Below the pieces are notes generated by a model that saw only the letters and a program-made list of their open reading frames with translations, searched no databases and had not been told where the DNA came from. Shown here piece after piece: positions 56,639-64,000 of a stretch of DNA of 64,000 nucleotides (position 1 is the first letter of the stretch; each line of letters begins with the position of its first letter). The stretch covers positions 288,001 to 352,000 of the forward strand of contig JAXGPF010000004.1 in NCBI GenBank assembly GCA_040767085.1, written 5' to 3'. The stretch comes from Kiritimatiellia bacterium (GTDB taxonomy: Bacteria; Verrucomicrobiota; Kiritimatiellia; JAAZAB01). Both the position numbers and the translations under genes were made by a program.

Positions 56639-57058
56639 TCAATCTAAATCCGGCGAGACCGGGCGGCGGGCGGCTTTCTTGGCGCCATGCTGGCGCTTCT
56701 GTTCCACCGTAATCTGGCGCTGGCGGCGCGACCGCCGGCGTTTCTGGCGCCGGATTTTTTCCGCCGCCTGCCGCCGGGCCGACCGCGCCCCTTCCATCCG
56801 CTCCGCCAGGCGCTCGCATAACTCGCGCCGGGCCAGGAACCGGTTCATCTCGCGCGACCGGCTGGCCTGGCACTTGACCTCGACGCCGCTGGCCGGGTGG
56901 CGCAGGTAAACGCAGGTGGAGGACTTGTTGACTTTCTGGCCGCCGCTGCCGGAGCCCAGAACGAACTTCTCCACCAGCGTGTTTTCCAATACGCCCAACT
57001 CGCGCAGGCGCTGCTCCAGGGCCTGCCGCTTCTCCGGACTGACCGGGGCGATATTCAT
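56639..57058 (-). CDS. RF-1 domain ribosome rescue factor-like protein (ArfB/C12orf65-like)
   Basis: EKFV.GSG.GGQKVNK....VYLRH, CQ.SRS...NR..AR, basic tail RRQKRRRSRR; no codon-recognition domains. Confidence 0.85.
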   Translation of the reverse strand: MNIAPVSPEKRQALEQRLRELGVLENTLVEKFVLGSGSGGQKVNKSSTCVYLRHPASGVEVKCQASRSREMNRFLARRELCERLAERMEGARSARRQAAEKIRRQKRRRSRRQRQITVEQKRQHGAKKAARRPVSPDLD

Positions 57059-57284
57059 CACAAATTCTCTTCGGTATAAAGGGAAAGCTCGGTCATGTTT
57101 TCCAATCATCGCCGATGCGCAGGCGGCCGGCGGCTGGGGATTGACGGGGCTTTTTCATGGCGATTATTATTAACACGCGCGGGCGCGGGATTCAAACCTA
57201 TAGTTAAACGCCCTAAAAAAGCATTGACTGACCGGCGGCGTATGGTATGCATGCTTAACTCTAGGACAAAGGCGGCAAAATATC

Positions 57285-58850
57285 ATGCAAAATATTGACG
57301 ACATCGAACAAATCCTTAAATCACTGACCTGGGAACAGAAAATCGGCCAGATGCTGATGGCCCGCGGTTTTCACCGGTTCCCGGACGACCTCCGGGAATT
57401 GCTGGCAGCCGGCCTGGTCGGCGGCATCCAGGTCAACGCCCACCTCGACACCCGCGCGGAGATTGCCCGCGCGAAAAGCGCCGCGCCCCTGCCGCTGCTG
57501 GTGGCCGCGGATATGGAAAATGGTTTTTCCGGTCCCGGCTTCGGCGGTACCAACCTCCCCTGCCAGATGGCGCTGGGCGCGATTGGCGATGAAAATACCG
57601 CGCACGCGTGGGCGCAGATTGCCGCCTTGGAAGCCCGGCAATACGGCGTCAACTTCGCCTTCGGCCCGGTGCTGGACATGGCGATCGAACCGGCCGCGCC
57701 CATGGTCAGCACGCGGGCGCTGCACGCCGATCCGGACGAGGTTATCCGGCTGGGCGCCGCCATCGTGCGCGGCTACCAGAAAAACGGCCTGCACGTTTCC
57801 GCCAAGCATTTCCCCGGCGCCGGCCGGTCGCCGGTGGACAATCACATCGAGATGGCCGCGCTGGATTGCTCCCGGGAGACGCTGGACCGGGAAGAATTGC
57901 GAATTTATCGCGAAGTCATCCGGCAGACCGGCCTGCGCGGGATCATGTCCGGCCATATCATGGCCCCGGCCATTGACCCGCGGACCATCGCCACGGTTTC
58001 ACCGGCTATTATCGGCACGCTCAAGTCCATGAATTTCCAGGGGGTGCTGGTGACCGACTCGCTGGCGATGAAAGGCATCAAGGGCTATGTGCGCGATGCG
58101 GATTTGATTGCCGCGGCCATGGCCGCCGGCCACCACCTGATCCTGGTGGATTACAACCGCTCCCCCAAGGCGCAATTCCAGCAGATGCTGAAGGCGTTGC
58201 AGGATCAGGTTGTTACGCCGGAATTCGTGGAGGAGGCAGTCCGCCGCATCATGAAAGCCAAACAGCAAATCATAAAAAACACTCCGCCCGCGGATTTCGA
58301 GCCGGCGCAGCACGCGCAAGCGGCGCTGGCAATGAGCCGGCGCGCCATTACCGCCCGGGGCGATATCCGGCCATGGCTCGCTCAAAAGCAGCCCGGCCGG
58401 ACATTGTTCATCATTGCCTCATCGGTGAAAGCGGCGATTGACACGGCTGAAATCGGCGGCGGCGGCGCCTCGGGCACTCTCGCCACCCTGCTGCGCCAAA
58501 AATTCCCGAACGCGCGCTTGCACGGCATCAGCGAAATTCCCGATCCGGTGGAAATGGAAGCGACGCTCGACCGGGCATTGGAATTTGACCGGATCGTTTT
58601 CCTGGCCGACGCCTTTCTCCACTCCTACAAGGGCACGGCGGACTTTTCACGTCAATTGCTCGCGCTGATCAGCGGGCTGCGGCGCAAGATCGCCGTCCTG
58701 GCGATTTCCGGCAATCCCTACGCCGCGCGGCATCTCCCGGAGCTGCCATGCGTCCTGTTCGCCTATGACGGCGGCCGCTCCGAGCAGGCGTTAGCCGAGG
58801 CGCTCAACGGCGAATTTACGCCGCAAGGAAAACTGCCGGTGGAGATTTAA
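57285..58850 (+). CDS. GH3 beta-N-acetylhexosaminidase-like protein
   Basis: L...QKIGQM, AADMENG, FGPVLD, KHFPG.G....D.H, IMSGH, VTDSL.M; C-terminal GNPY and P.GKLP. Confidence 0.9.
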   Translation: MQNIDDIEQILKSLTWEQKIGQMLMARGFHRFPDDLRELLAAGLVGGIQVNAHLDTRAEIARAKSAAPLPLLVAADMENGFSGPGFGGTNLPCQMALGAIGDENTAHAWAQIAALEARQYGVNFAFGPVLDMAIEPAAPMVSTRALHADPDEVIRLGAAIVRGYQKNGLHVSAKHFPGAGRSPVDNHIEMAALDCSRETLDREELRIYREVIRQTGLRGIMSGHIMAPAIDPRTIATVSPAIIGTLKSMNFQGVLVTDSLAMKGIKGYVRDADLIAAAMAAGHHLILVDYNRSPKAQFQQMLKALQDQVVTPEFVEEAVRRIMKAKQQIIKNTPPADFEPAQHAQAALAMSRRAITARGDIRPWLAQKQPGRTLFIIASSVKAAIDTAEIGGGGASGTLATLLRQKFPNARLHGISEIPDPVEMEATLDRALEFDRIVFLADAFLHSYKGTADFSRQLLALISGLRRKIAVLAISGNPYAARHLPELPCVLFAYDGGRSEQALAEALNGEFTPQGKLPVEI

Positions 58851-58920
58851 GCGGGGTGGCAGCATCTTCCTTACCTTGTTCCGCCTTATGGTAATATTAT
58901 CAGGTTTTTGTTAAACCGGG

Positions 58921-59030
58921 AACCGCATTGACAGTGCTCCGCTGCGTTTGATAAGATGCAGCATATTCCATTGTTGACTACTGTTTCATGAACCGAATGA
59001 CCATCCGCGACGGCAGGCTTATCGTCTTCC
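58921..59030 (+). promoter_or_regulatory. Promoter-containing ~110-bp element, copy B
   Basis: TTGACA-N18-TAAGAT with TG extension, then short ORF MNRMTIRDGRLIVFP*; homologous to 18852-18960 (minus). Confidence 0.6.
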
Positions 59031-59181
59031 CGTGATGGCCGTGTGGAGGCTGGCGATGACGTTGTCGCGCCGCTCTCATACCGCTAGGCACGGCATCTAT
59101 GTTGATGAGAATTAGGGTCATGTCTAAATTAACAATATTTCTAAAGCAGAACGGCTCGCACGCCACATCTGCGGCATCCGC

Positions 59182-59301
59182 GCCGACGAAGGCCCCGGCG
59201 ATGGGGACCACCTCCTGCCGGAATATGAAAAGCTCCTCACCCAAGTCACCGCTACCCGGGGCAAGCTGAAAACGCAGCTTTTGGAGGCACTGTCGCGATG
59301 A
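59182..59301 (+). pseudogene. Type I R-M HsdM C-terminal remnant
   Basis: ADEGPGDGDHLLPEYEKLLTQVTATRGKLKTQLLEALSR* resembles the coiled-coil tail of HsdM; stop overlaps the next ATG. Confidence 0.55.
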
Positions 59302-59620
59302 GCGCCGAATCCCTCGTCCCCGTTCATGGCGGGTACCGGAAGCTCAAGAGTTTTCAGGCTTGGGTGGCGGAGGAACACGGACGGACACGGACAGGCACGG
59401 ATGGAAAAGGATGCCAGGAAACGGCCAACAAGCCCGTGTCGAAGCCTGAAGAGCTGGCGGCCAACGCCGCCCTTTCGCTGCTGAACATGGCCTGTTATCT
59501 GCTCGACCGTCAATTGACAGCCCAGGCGGCTACTTTCGAGAAGGAAGGCGGATTCACCGAAAGGCTCTATCGTGTGCGCGCCGAAGCGCGCGGCAGACAA
59601 AAAGGAGGTCGTTCTTGACC
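59284..59620 (+). repeat. 337-bp direct repeat, copy 1
   Basis: Matches 60390-60726 with 12 substitutions by hand count and no indels. Confidence 0.97.
59298..59618 (+). pseudogene. Four-helix-bundle suffix domain protein, internally deleted, copy 1
   Basis: HGGYRKLKSFQ fused directly to AWVAEE...PEELAANAALSLLN.ACYLLDRQ...F.KEGGFTERLYRVR (suffix domain); bundle core absent. Confidence 0.78.
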
Positions 59621-59687
59621 GGCAGCCAGCGATTGCTATTTTGAATCAAACTGTTACACTGTTTTATATCAGGAAAGCGAGGTCGCC

Positions 59688-59918
59688 ATGACAGTCCGGA
59701 TACAACAAGTCCTGGAAAAAGCCATTCATTTACCGCCTGTTGAGCGGGCCGAACTAGTCGAACAAATTCTTTCAAGCTTTAACCGTCCCTCCCGCGACGA
59801 AATCGACGCCCTCTGGGCAAGAGAAGCGGAAGATCGGATTGATGCCTATGACCAGGGTAAAATTAAGGCAATCCCTGCAAGCCAAGTATTTGAGAGAATC
59901 AATAGTCAAAAATCATGA
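59688..59918 (+). CDS. Addiction module antitoxin (TIGR02574-like)
   Basis: A..LP..ER..LVE.ILSS......ID..WA.EAE.R.DAY..G....IP...VF; overlaps the toxin start. Confidence 0.88.
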   Translation: MTVRIQQVLEKAIHLPPVERAELVEQILSSFNRPSRDEIDALWAREAEDRIDAYDQGKIKAIPASQVFERINSQKS

Positions 59919-60223
59919 GAATAGAATTTCTCGATACGGCTGACGCTGAATTTGTCGAGACTATAACCTATTATAACCTTCAAAGCGAAGGGCTTGGTTA
60001 TGAGTTCGCGGCCGAGATCAAAAGGACCATAGAACGCATTTTACAATTTCCGAGTGCTTGGTCGCCTATTTCAAAACGTACTCGACGTTGCCGAACAAAC
60101 AGATTCCCGTATGGCCTGATCTATCAAATCCGGAGTAATACAATCCTGATTGTGGCCGTCCAGAACCTCCATAAGCATCCTGATTCTTGGAAGTCCAGGC
60201 TCAAACCGGGGCAAGTTTTTTAA
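59915..60223 (+). CDS. RelE/ParE family toxin
   Basis: F...A..E......YY.....LG..F...I..I..FP.AW...RR....RFPY.LIY......I.I.AV. Confidence 0.9.
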   Translation: MRIEFLDTADAEFVETITYYNLQSEGLGYEFAAEIKRTIERILQFPSAWSPISKRTRRCRTNRFPYGLIYQIRSNTILIVAVQNLHKHPDSWKSRLKPGQVF

Positions 60224-60242
60224 TTTACCCCTGAATCCGTGA

Positions 60243-60335
60243 TGAGGTCAGTATGCCGGCGCGACGGCAAGGGCGCCGGTGTATAAGCACACTCCCAGCC
60301 CTTGCCAACAATGCAGATGCGGCATAATGGCCTCA
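60243..60335. repeat. Long nested inverted-repeat element (REP/MITE-like)
   Basis: TGAGGTCAGTATGCCG/CGGCATAATGGCCTCA (14/16), GGCAAGGGC/GCCCTTGCC (9/9), GTGT/ACAC. Confidence 0.7.
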
Positions 60336-60389
60336 CCCAAAGGGCGGTCTTCCGTCACAAAACGGCACTGATTGTTTTAGTGATATTAT

Positions 60390-60726
60390 GAGGCACTGTC
60401 GCGATGAGCGCCGAATCCCTCGTCCCCGTTCATGGCGGGTACCGGAAGCTCAAGAGTTTTCAGGCTTGGGTGGCGGAGGAACACGGACGGACACGGACAG
60501 GCACGGATGGAAAAGGACGCCAGGAAACGGCCGACAAGCCCGTGTCGAAGCCTGAAGAACTGGCGGCCAACGCCGCCCTTTCGCTGCTGAACCTGGCCTG
60601 TTATCTCCTCGACCGCCAACAGACAGCCCAGGCTACTGCTTTCGAGAAGGAAGGCGGATTCACCGAACGGCTCTATCGTGTGCGCGCCGAAGCGCGCGGC
60701 AGACAAAAAGGAGGTCGTTCTTGACC
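60390..60726 (+). repeat. 337-bp direct repeat, copy 2
   Basis: See copy 1. Confidence 0.97.
60404..60724 (+). pseudogene. Four-helix-bundle suffix domain protein, internally deleted, copy 2
   Basis: Same 106-aa frame and same deletion junction as 59298-59618. Confidence 0.78.
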
Positions 60727-61096
60727 CCAACATACTTGATCCCCTCCATTCCACGGAGCATGCCCGCCAGCGTAAGACCTGGTCCGCCGGCCATTGTCCT
60801 TGCCCGTCCGTGTCCGCCCTTGCCTGCCTATGTCCCGAAGAATAAGGAGAACACAAGGAAAACAAGGGCCAGCGCCCTCTAAAGTGTCGGTGCTTGTCTA
60901 TTTGTTGGCACTCAAACATAGTCACTTGCCGCTACCAGCGACGATCTTTCCCCCTCCGGGGGATTGCGTTTGCCGATGTGCCCCACACCCTGTTTTAGAT
61001 TCTCTTAAAAAAGTGATTACAAGGCTTGACTAATTTGACATCAACTGTATAGTACTGCTTAAGTGTATTTTTACTTTGCTATACGCGAGTCGCATA

Positions 61097-62161
61097 ATGC
61101 TTCCGAAAAATACCGAAAACAATTCGCATCTGCCGGTTTATATGCGCATCCGGCAACAGGTTTTGAGCAGGACATCCCGTATCGGCGAAGGCGGCAATCG
61201 TAAATTTTTATCGGTGCGCAAACTGGCCGATACCTACAACGTCAGCGTGCCGACGGCAGTCAAGGCCGTTAAACAACTGGTCGCGGACGGCGTGCTGATT
61301 GCCCGGCGCGGACTGGGCACCTTCGTTGTCGCCGGGGGGGACAATAACGCGGGATGCATCGGGTTGATTGTAAGCAGCGGCGCAAGTATTCATTTTGGAC
61401 GCGTTTGCTTGAAGATCATGGGCGGGGTATTCGAAGTCATGGCCGACACCACTTGCGCCTTACAATTAATAAATAACGGCAATCGTAATGACGCCCTCCT
61501 CCACGAAACGCGCATGGCAAAGTTGGATGGTGTAATCTGGATTGATCCCAGCCAGGCATGCATATCTTCGCTGAAAATGCTTGAAAAAGCAGGGATGAAG
61601 GTGGTTGGCGTTGATTTGCGCCAAAGAGGCACAACGCCATGCTCTATCGCCTCGGACTGGTATGGCGAAGTCTATTGCATGACCGACTATCTGCTGTCCA
61701 TGGGCCACAAGAAATTTGTTCTAGCCACGCAGGCCATACAGGCGCTAGAGGGAGACGGGCTTTATGCGAGTGTTAAGAAGGGGTTTGCCGATGCCTGCCG
61801 CGCGCATGGAGTCCGCCCAAGCACCCCCCCGATGATCGTGCGCGATGATTTTGCCGCGCGTCTGGAAACATTGTTGGATTTGAGAAGGGATTTAACGGCG
61901 CTGGCTATCGACAGCAAATTCTTCCAACCGGCGTTGAAAATCCTGGCCGATCGAAAACGCCGGGTGCCGCGGGATGTTGCCATCATCACCGAAGATGACC
62001 ATATTACCATGGATTTAAAATACCCAACGCCGACAAGGGTAGCCCGCCCGCTGCGCCAACTCGGTGAAACCGCCGCGCGCAAGATGATCGAATGGATCAA
62101 AACCGGTCAGACGCCCCCATCGGAAGTTCTGGACTGGAAAATCATCAAGGGCGACACATAA
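61097..62161 (+). CDS. GntR-HTH/LacI-sensor hybrid regulator (AraR-like)
   Basis: PVY..I...SVRKLA..YNVS..T..KA...L...G.L....GLGTFV; DGVI, YLL..GHKK, VP.DV.I, PT.V..P...LG..AA. Confidence 0.88.
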   Translation: MLPKNTENNSHLPVYMRIRQQVLSRTSRIGEGGNRKFLSVRKLADTYNVSVPTAVKAVKQLVADGVLIARRGLGTFVVAGGDNNAGCIGLIVSSGASIHFGRVCLKIMGGVFEVMADTTCALQLINNGNRNDALLHETRMAKLDGVIWIDPSQACISSLKMLEKAGMKVVGVDLRQRGTTPCSIASDWYGEVYCMTDYLLSMGHKKFVLATQAIQALEGDGLYASVKKGFADACRAHGVRPSTPPMIVRDDFAARLETLLDLRRDLTALAIDSKFFQPALKILADRKRRVPRDVAIITEDDHITMDLKYPTPTRVARPLRQLGETAARKMIEWIKTGQTPPSEVLDWKIIKGDT

Positions 62162-62222
62162 ACCATTCCTGTATTTTTTAAATGTCTTGGGCTTAACCTG
62201 TAACACCTAATCAGGGGGAAAA

Positions 62223-63635
62223 ATGATAAAACAAGCAAATTCATTCCAGACAGGTTTGTTGCTTGTGACGGTTGCATTTTCGGCTTGGTCCGCGCCGGAT
62301 CGGTTTGTTTCCCCGGATGGCGGCAACCAGTGGCCGTTCACCAACTGGGACATGGCGACCCCCGACTTATGCCTGGCTGTCAACACGGCCAACAGCAATA
62401 ACGCCGGCGATGTCGTTTGGATCGCCACCGGGGTTTATGCGCCGGCCGCAAAAATAGTGGTCAGCAATACCATTGTGCGGGGGATCACCAGCAACGCCGA
62501 GGATATTGTCATCACCGGCAATGGAGAGCATGAATGTTTTATTTTAAGCCATCCGGACGCGATACTCGACAGTGTGACGCTCTCCAACGGCTACTATGAA
62601 ACCGTCTATCGCGGCGGCGCGCTGACCATCTATAGCGGCACTGTCGTCAATTCAATCATCGGTTGGAGTTACGCCGCCCACGGGGGCGGTGTTTACATCC
62701 AGGGCTCATCGCTGGAAAGCGCTTTGGTTGATCGTTGCCGGATTATGAGCAATAGCTGCCTGCAGACGGGCGGAGGCGTGTCATTTGTCCGGGGCGGTGG
62801 AACAATCCGTGATTCCACCATTGCCGGCAATTGGACTACTTCCGGCACCATCCCGTACGGCGGCGGCATCGGAACGTATCAAGCGACAAATGTTGCCATA
62901 CTTGACTGTCTGGTTCATAGCAATACATCTCAGTCGTATGGCGGCGGGATTTATTGCACAGCCTCCGGGACAGCCCGCGTTTGGAATTGTGTAGTTGAAA
63001 ACAATTATGCGAATGGATCAGGCAGCGGCCTCTATGTTGGCGGTGCCAATAATGCAGATATAAGAAATTCTATTTTCCGTTACAATACGACTGCTAATAA
63101 TGGCGGCGGCGTGTGTATGATTTCGCCAGGCAGTTTGCGCTCATGCCTTATGGTGAGTAATCTTGCGAATGGTTCGCATGGCGGCGGCGGGATTTACCTG
63201 CGATACGCGCCTGAAATCGAAAATTGCACGGTTACTGCCAATACAGGTTACCGCGGCGGCGGGATTTATCAGTATCTTGAGAAATCTGCTGTTTTCCGGA
63301 ATTGCGTGGTTTATGATAACATCAAAACGAGCGCCTCCTACGCCACCGAATTTGATATAGGCGGCGCAATTGATTCCACTCAGTTTTTCCATTGTTGTTC
63401 ATCGCGCGATCTTGGCGCGTCGCAAAACAACATCACCAACCCTCCGCTTTGGGTGGCGGTGGACAATTACCGCCTTCAATCCGATTCGCCCTGCATCAAT
63501 ACGGGCACAAACCGAGAATGGATGGCCGGCACGCTTGACCTGGAAGGCCGCACGCGTCCGGATCGGTTTCGCGGCATAGTTGACATGGGCGCTTACGAAT
63601 ACATTGAGAGAGGTTTTTTGTTTTACGCAAGATAA
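62223..63635 (+). CDS. Secreted parallel beta-helix protein with choice-of-anchor Q tail
   Basis: Signal peptide; FVSP.G....P...W..A; repeated N.....GGG(I/V) turns; YRL..DSPCIN.G.N..W.....DL.G..R......VDMGAYE. Confidence 0.85.
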   Translation: MIKQANSFQTGLLLVTVAFSAWSAPDRFVSPDGGNQWPFTNWDMATPDLCLAVNTANSNNAGDVVWIATGVYAPAAKIVVSNTIVRGITSNAEDIVITGNGEHECFILSHPDAILDSVTLSNGYYETVYRGGALTIYSGTVVNSIIGWSYAAHGGGVYIQGSSLESALVDRCRIMSNSCLQTGGGVSFVRGGGTIRDSTIAGNWTTSGTIPYGGGIGTYQATNVAILDCLVHSNTSQSYGGGIYCTASGTARVWNCVVENNYANGSGSGLYVGGANNADIRNSIFRYNTTANNGGGVCMISPGSLRSCLMVSNLANGSHGGGGIYLRYAPEIENCTVTANTGYRGGGIYQYLEKSAVFRNCVVYDNIKTSASYATEFDIGGAIDSTQFFHCCSSRDLGASQNNITNPPLWVAVDNYRLQSDSPCINTGTNREWMAGTLDLEGRTRPDRFRGIVDMGAYEYIERGFLFYAR

Positions 63636-63689
63636 GACTTCGAACAGATGTTGCGGTTTATTTTAAATGCGTACAGGAGTAAATATATC

Positions 63690-64000
63690 ATGAATAATAC
63701 GTTTCTGCTTATGGCGCCAAGGCAATGTTTTCGTTTTTTGCTGGTTATGCTTGCATTGTGGTCCGGTGTTTATACCGCCAACACAGCGGAGTTGCCGCCA
63801 TTAAATATCCCGGTCTCCGCCAAACCGCCGCTATTGGACGGCAATCTTGACGATCCGGCCTGGCAGTCGGCCGCAACAATAGAAAATCTTTTTCAACTCA
63901 ACAGCGACACCCCGGCGCCGGAAACGACGCTTTGGCTGATGCGCGACAATGCCTGGCTCTATATCGCCGCGCATTGCCGCAACCCGAACATGGAACATGT
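63690..64000 (+). CDS. Secreted CBM9/DOMON-like sugar-binding protein (partial)
   Basis: AGGAG RBS, ATG 63690, signal peptide, PPLLDGNLDDPAWQSA...T...L.RD..WLYIA..C; runs off the window. Confidence 0.8.
   Translation, partial: MNNTFLLMAPRQCFRFLLVMLALWSGVYTANTAELPPLNIPVSAKPPLLDGNLDDPAWQSAATIENLFQLNSDTPAPETTLWLMRDNAWLYIAAHCRNPNMEH

Noticed and set aside
59284-60726. Diversity-generating retroelement TR/VR pair (four-helix bundles resemble Avd)
   Set aside because: The 12 differences are not adenine-specific in either direction, and no reverse transcriptase is in the window.

Overview
GC-rich bacterial chromosomal window. Gene content (ParE/ParC type, split purH, secreted proteins with FG-GAP-like and choice-of-anchor-Q tails, many CAZymes and sugar regulators) suggests a PVC-superphylum organism such as Kiritimatiellae/Lentisphaerae; this is inference, not a taxonomic assignment. 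Housekeeping genes: parE/parC, rlmD-like, split purH, archaeal-type thyA, beta-CASP RNase, ArfB-like factor, tRNA-Phe/Ser/Arg. Catabolic genes: two sugar operons, GH2 and GH3. Three secreted modular proteins (C10, S8, beta-helix). The most striking features are: (1) a ~9 kb, 10-gene envelope cluster (3 CsgG-like, YcfL, LpoB-like, 2 LPP20-like, LA_2272-like repeat protein) with no curli subunits, containing a VWA domain apparently split between two separately secreted proteins; (2) a dead integron (collapsed intI, Pc-like promoter, two cassettes with attC-like sites); (3) a toxin-antitoxin pair flanked by 337-bp direct repeats of a deleted four-helix-bundle gene; (4) a ~110-bp promoter-containing element present at the edge of both accessory islands; (5) several pseudogenes in which the N- and C-terminal ends are fused after loss of the middle. 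All assignments come from reading motifs by eye; no database searches were run.
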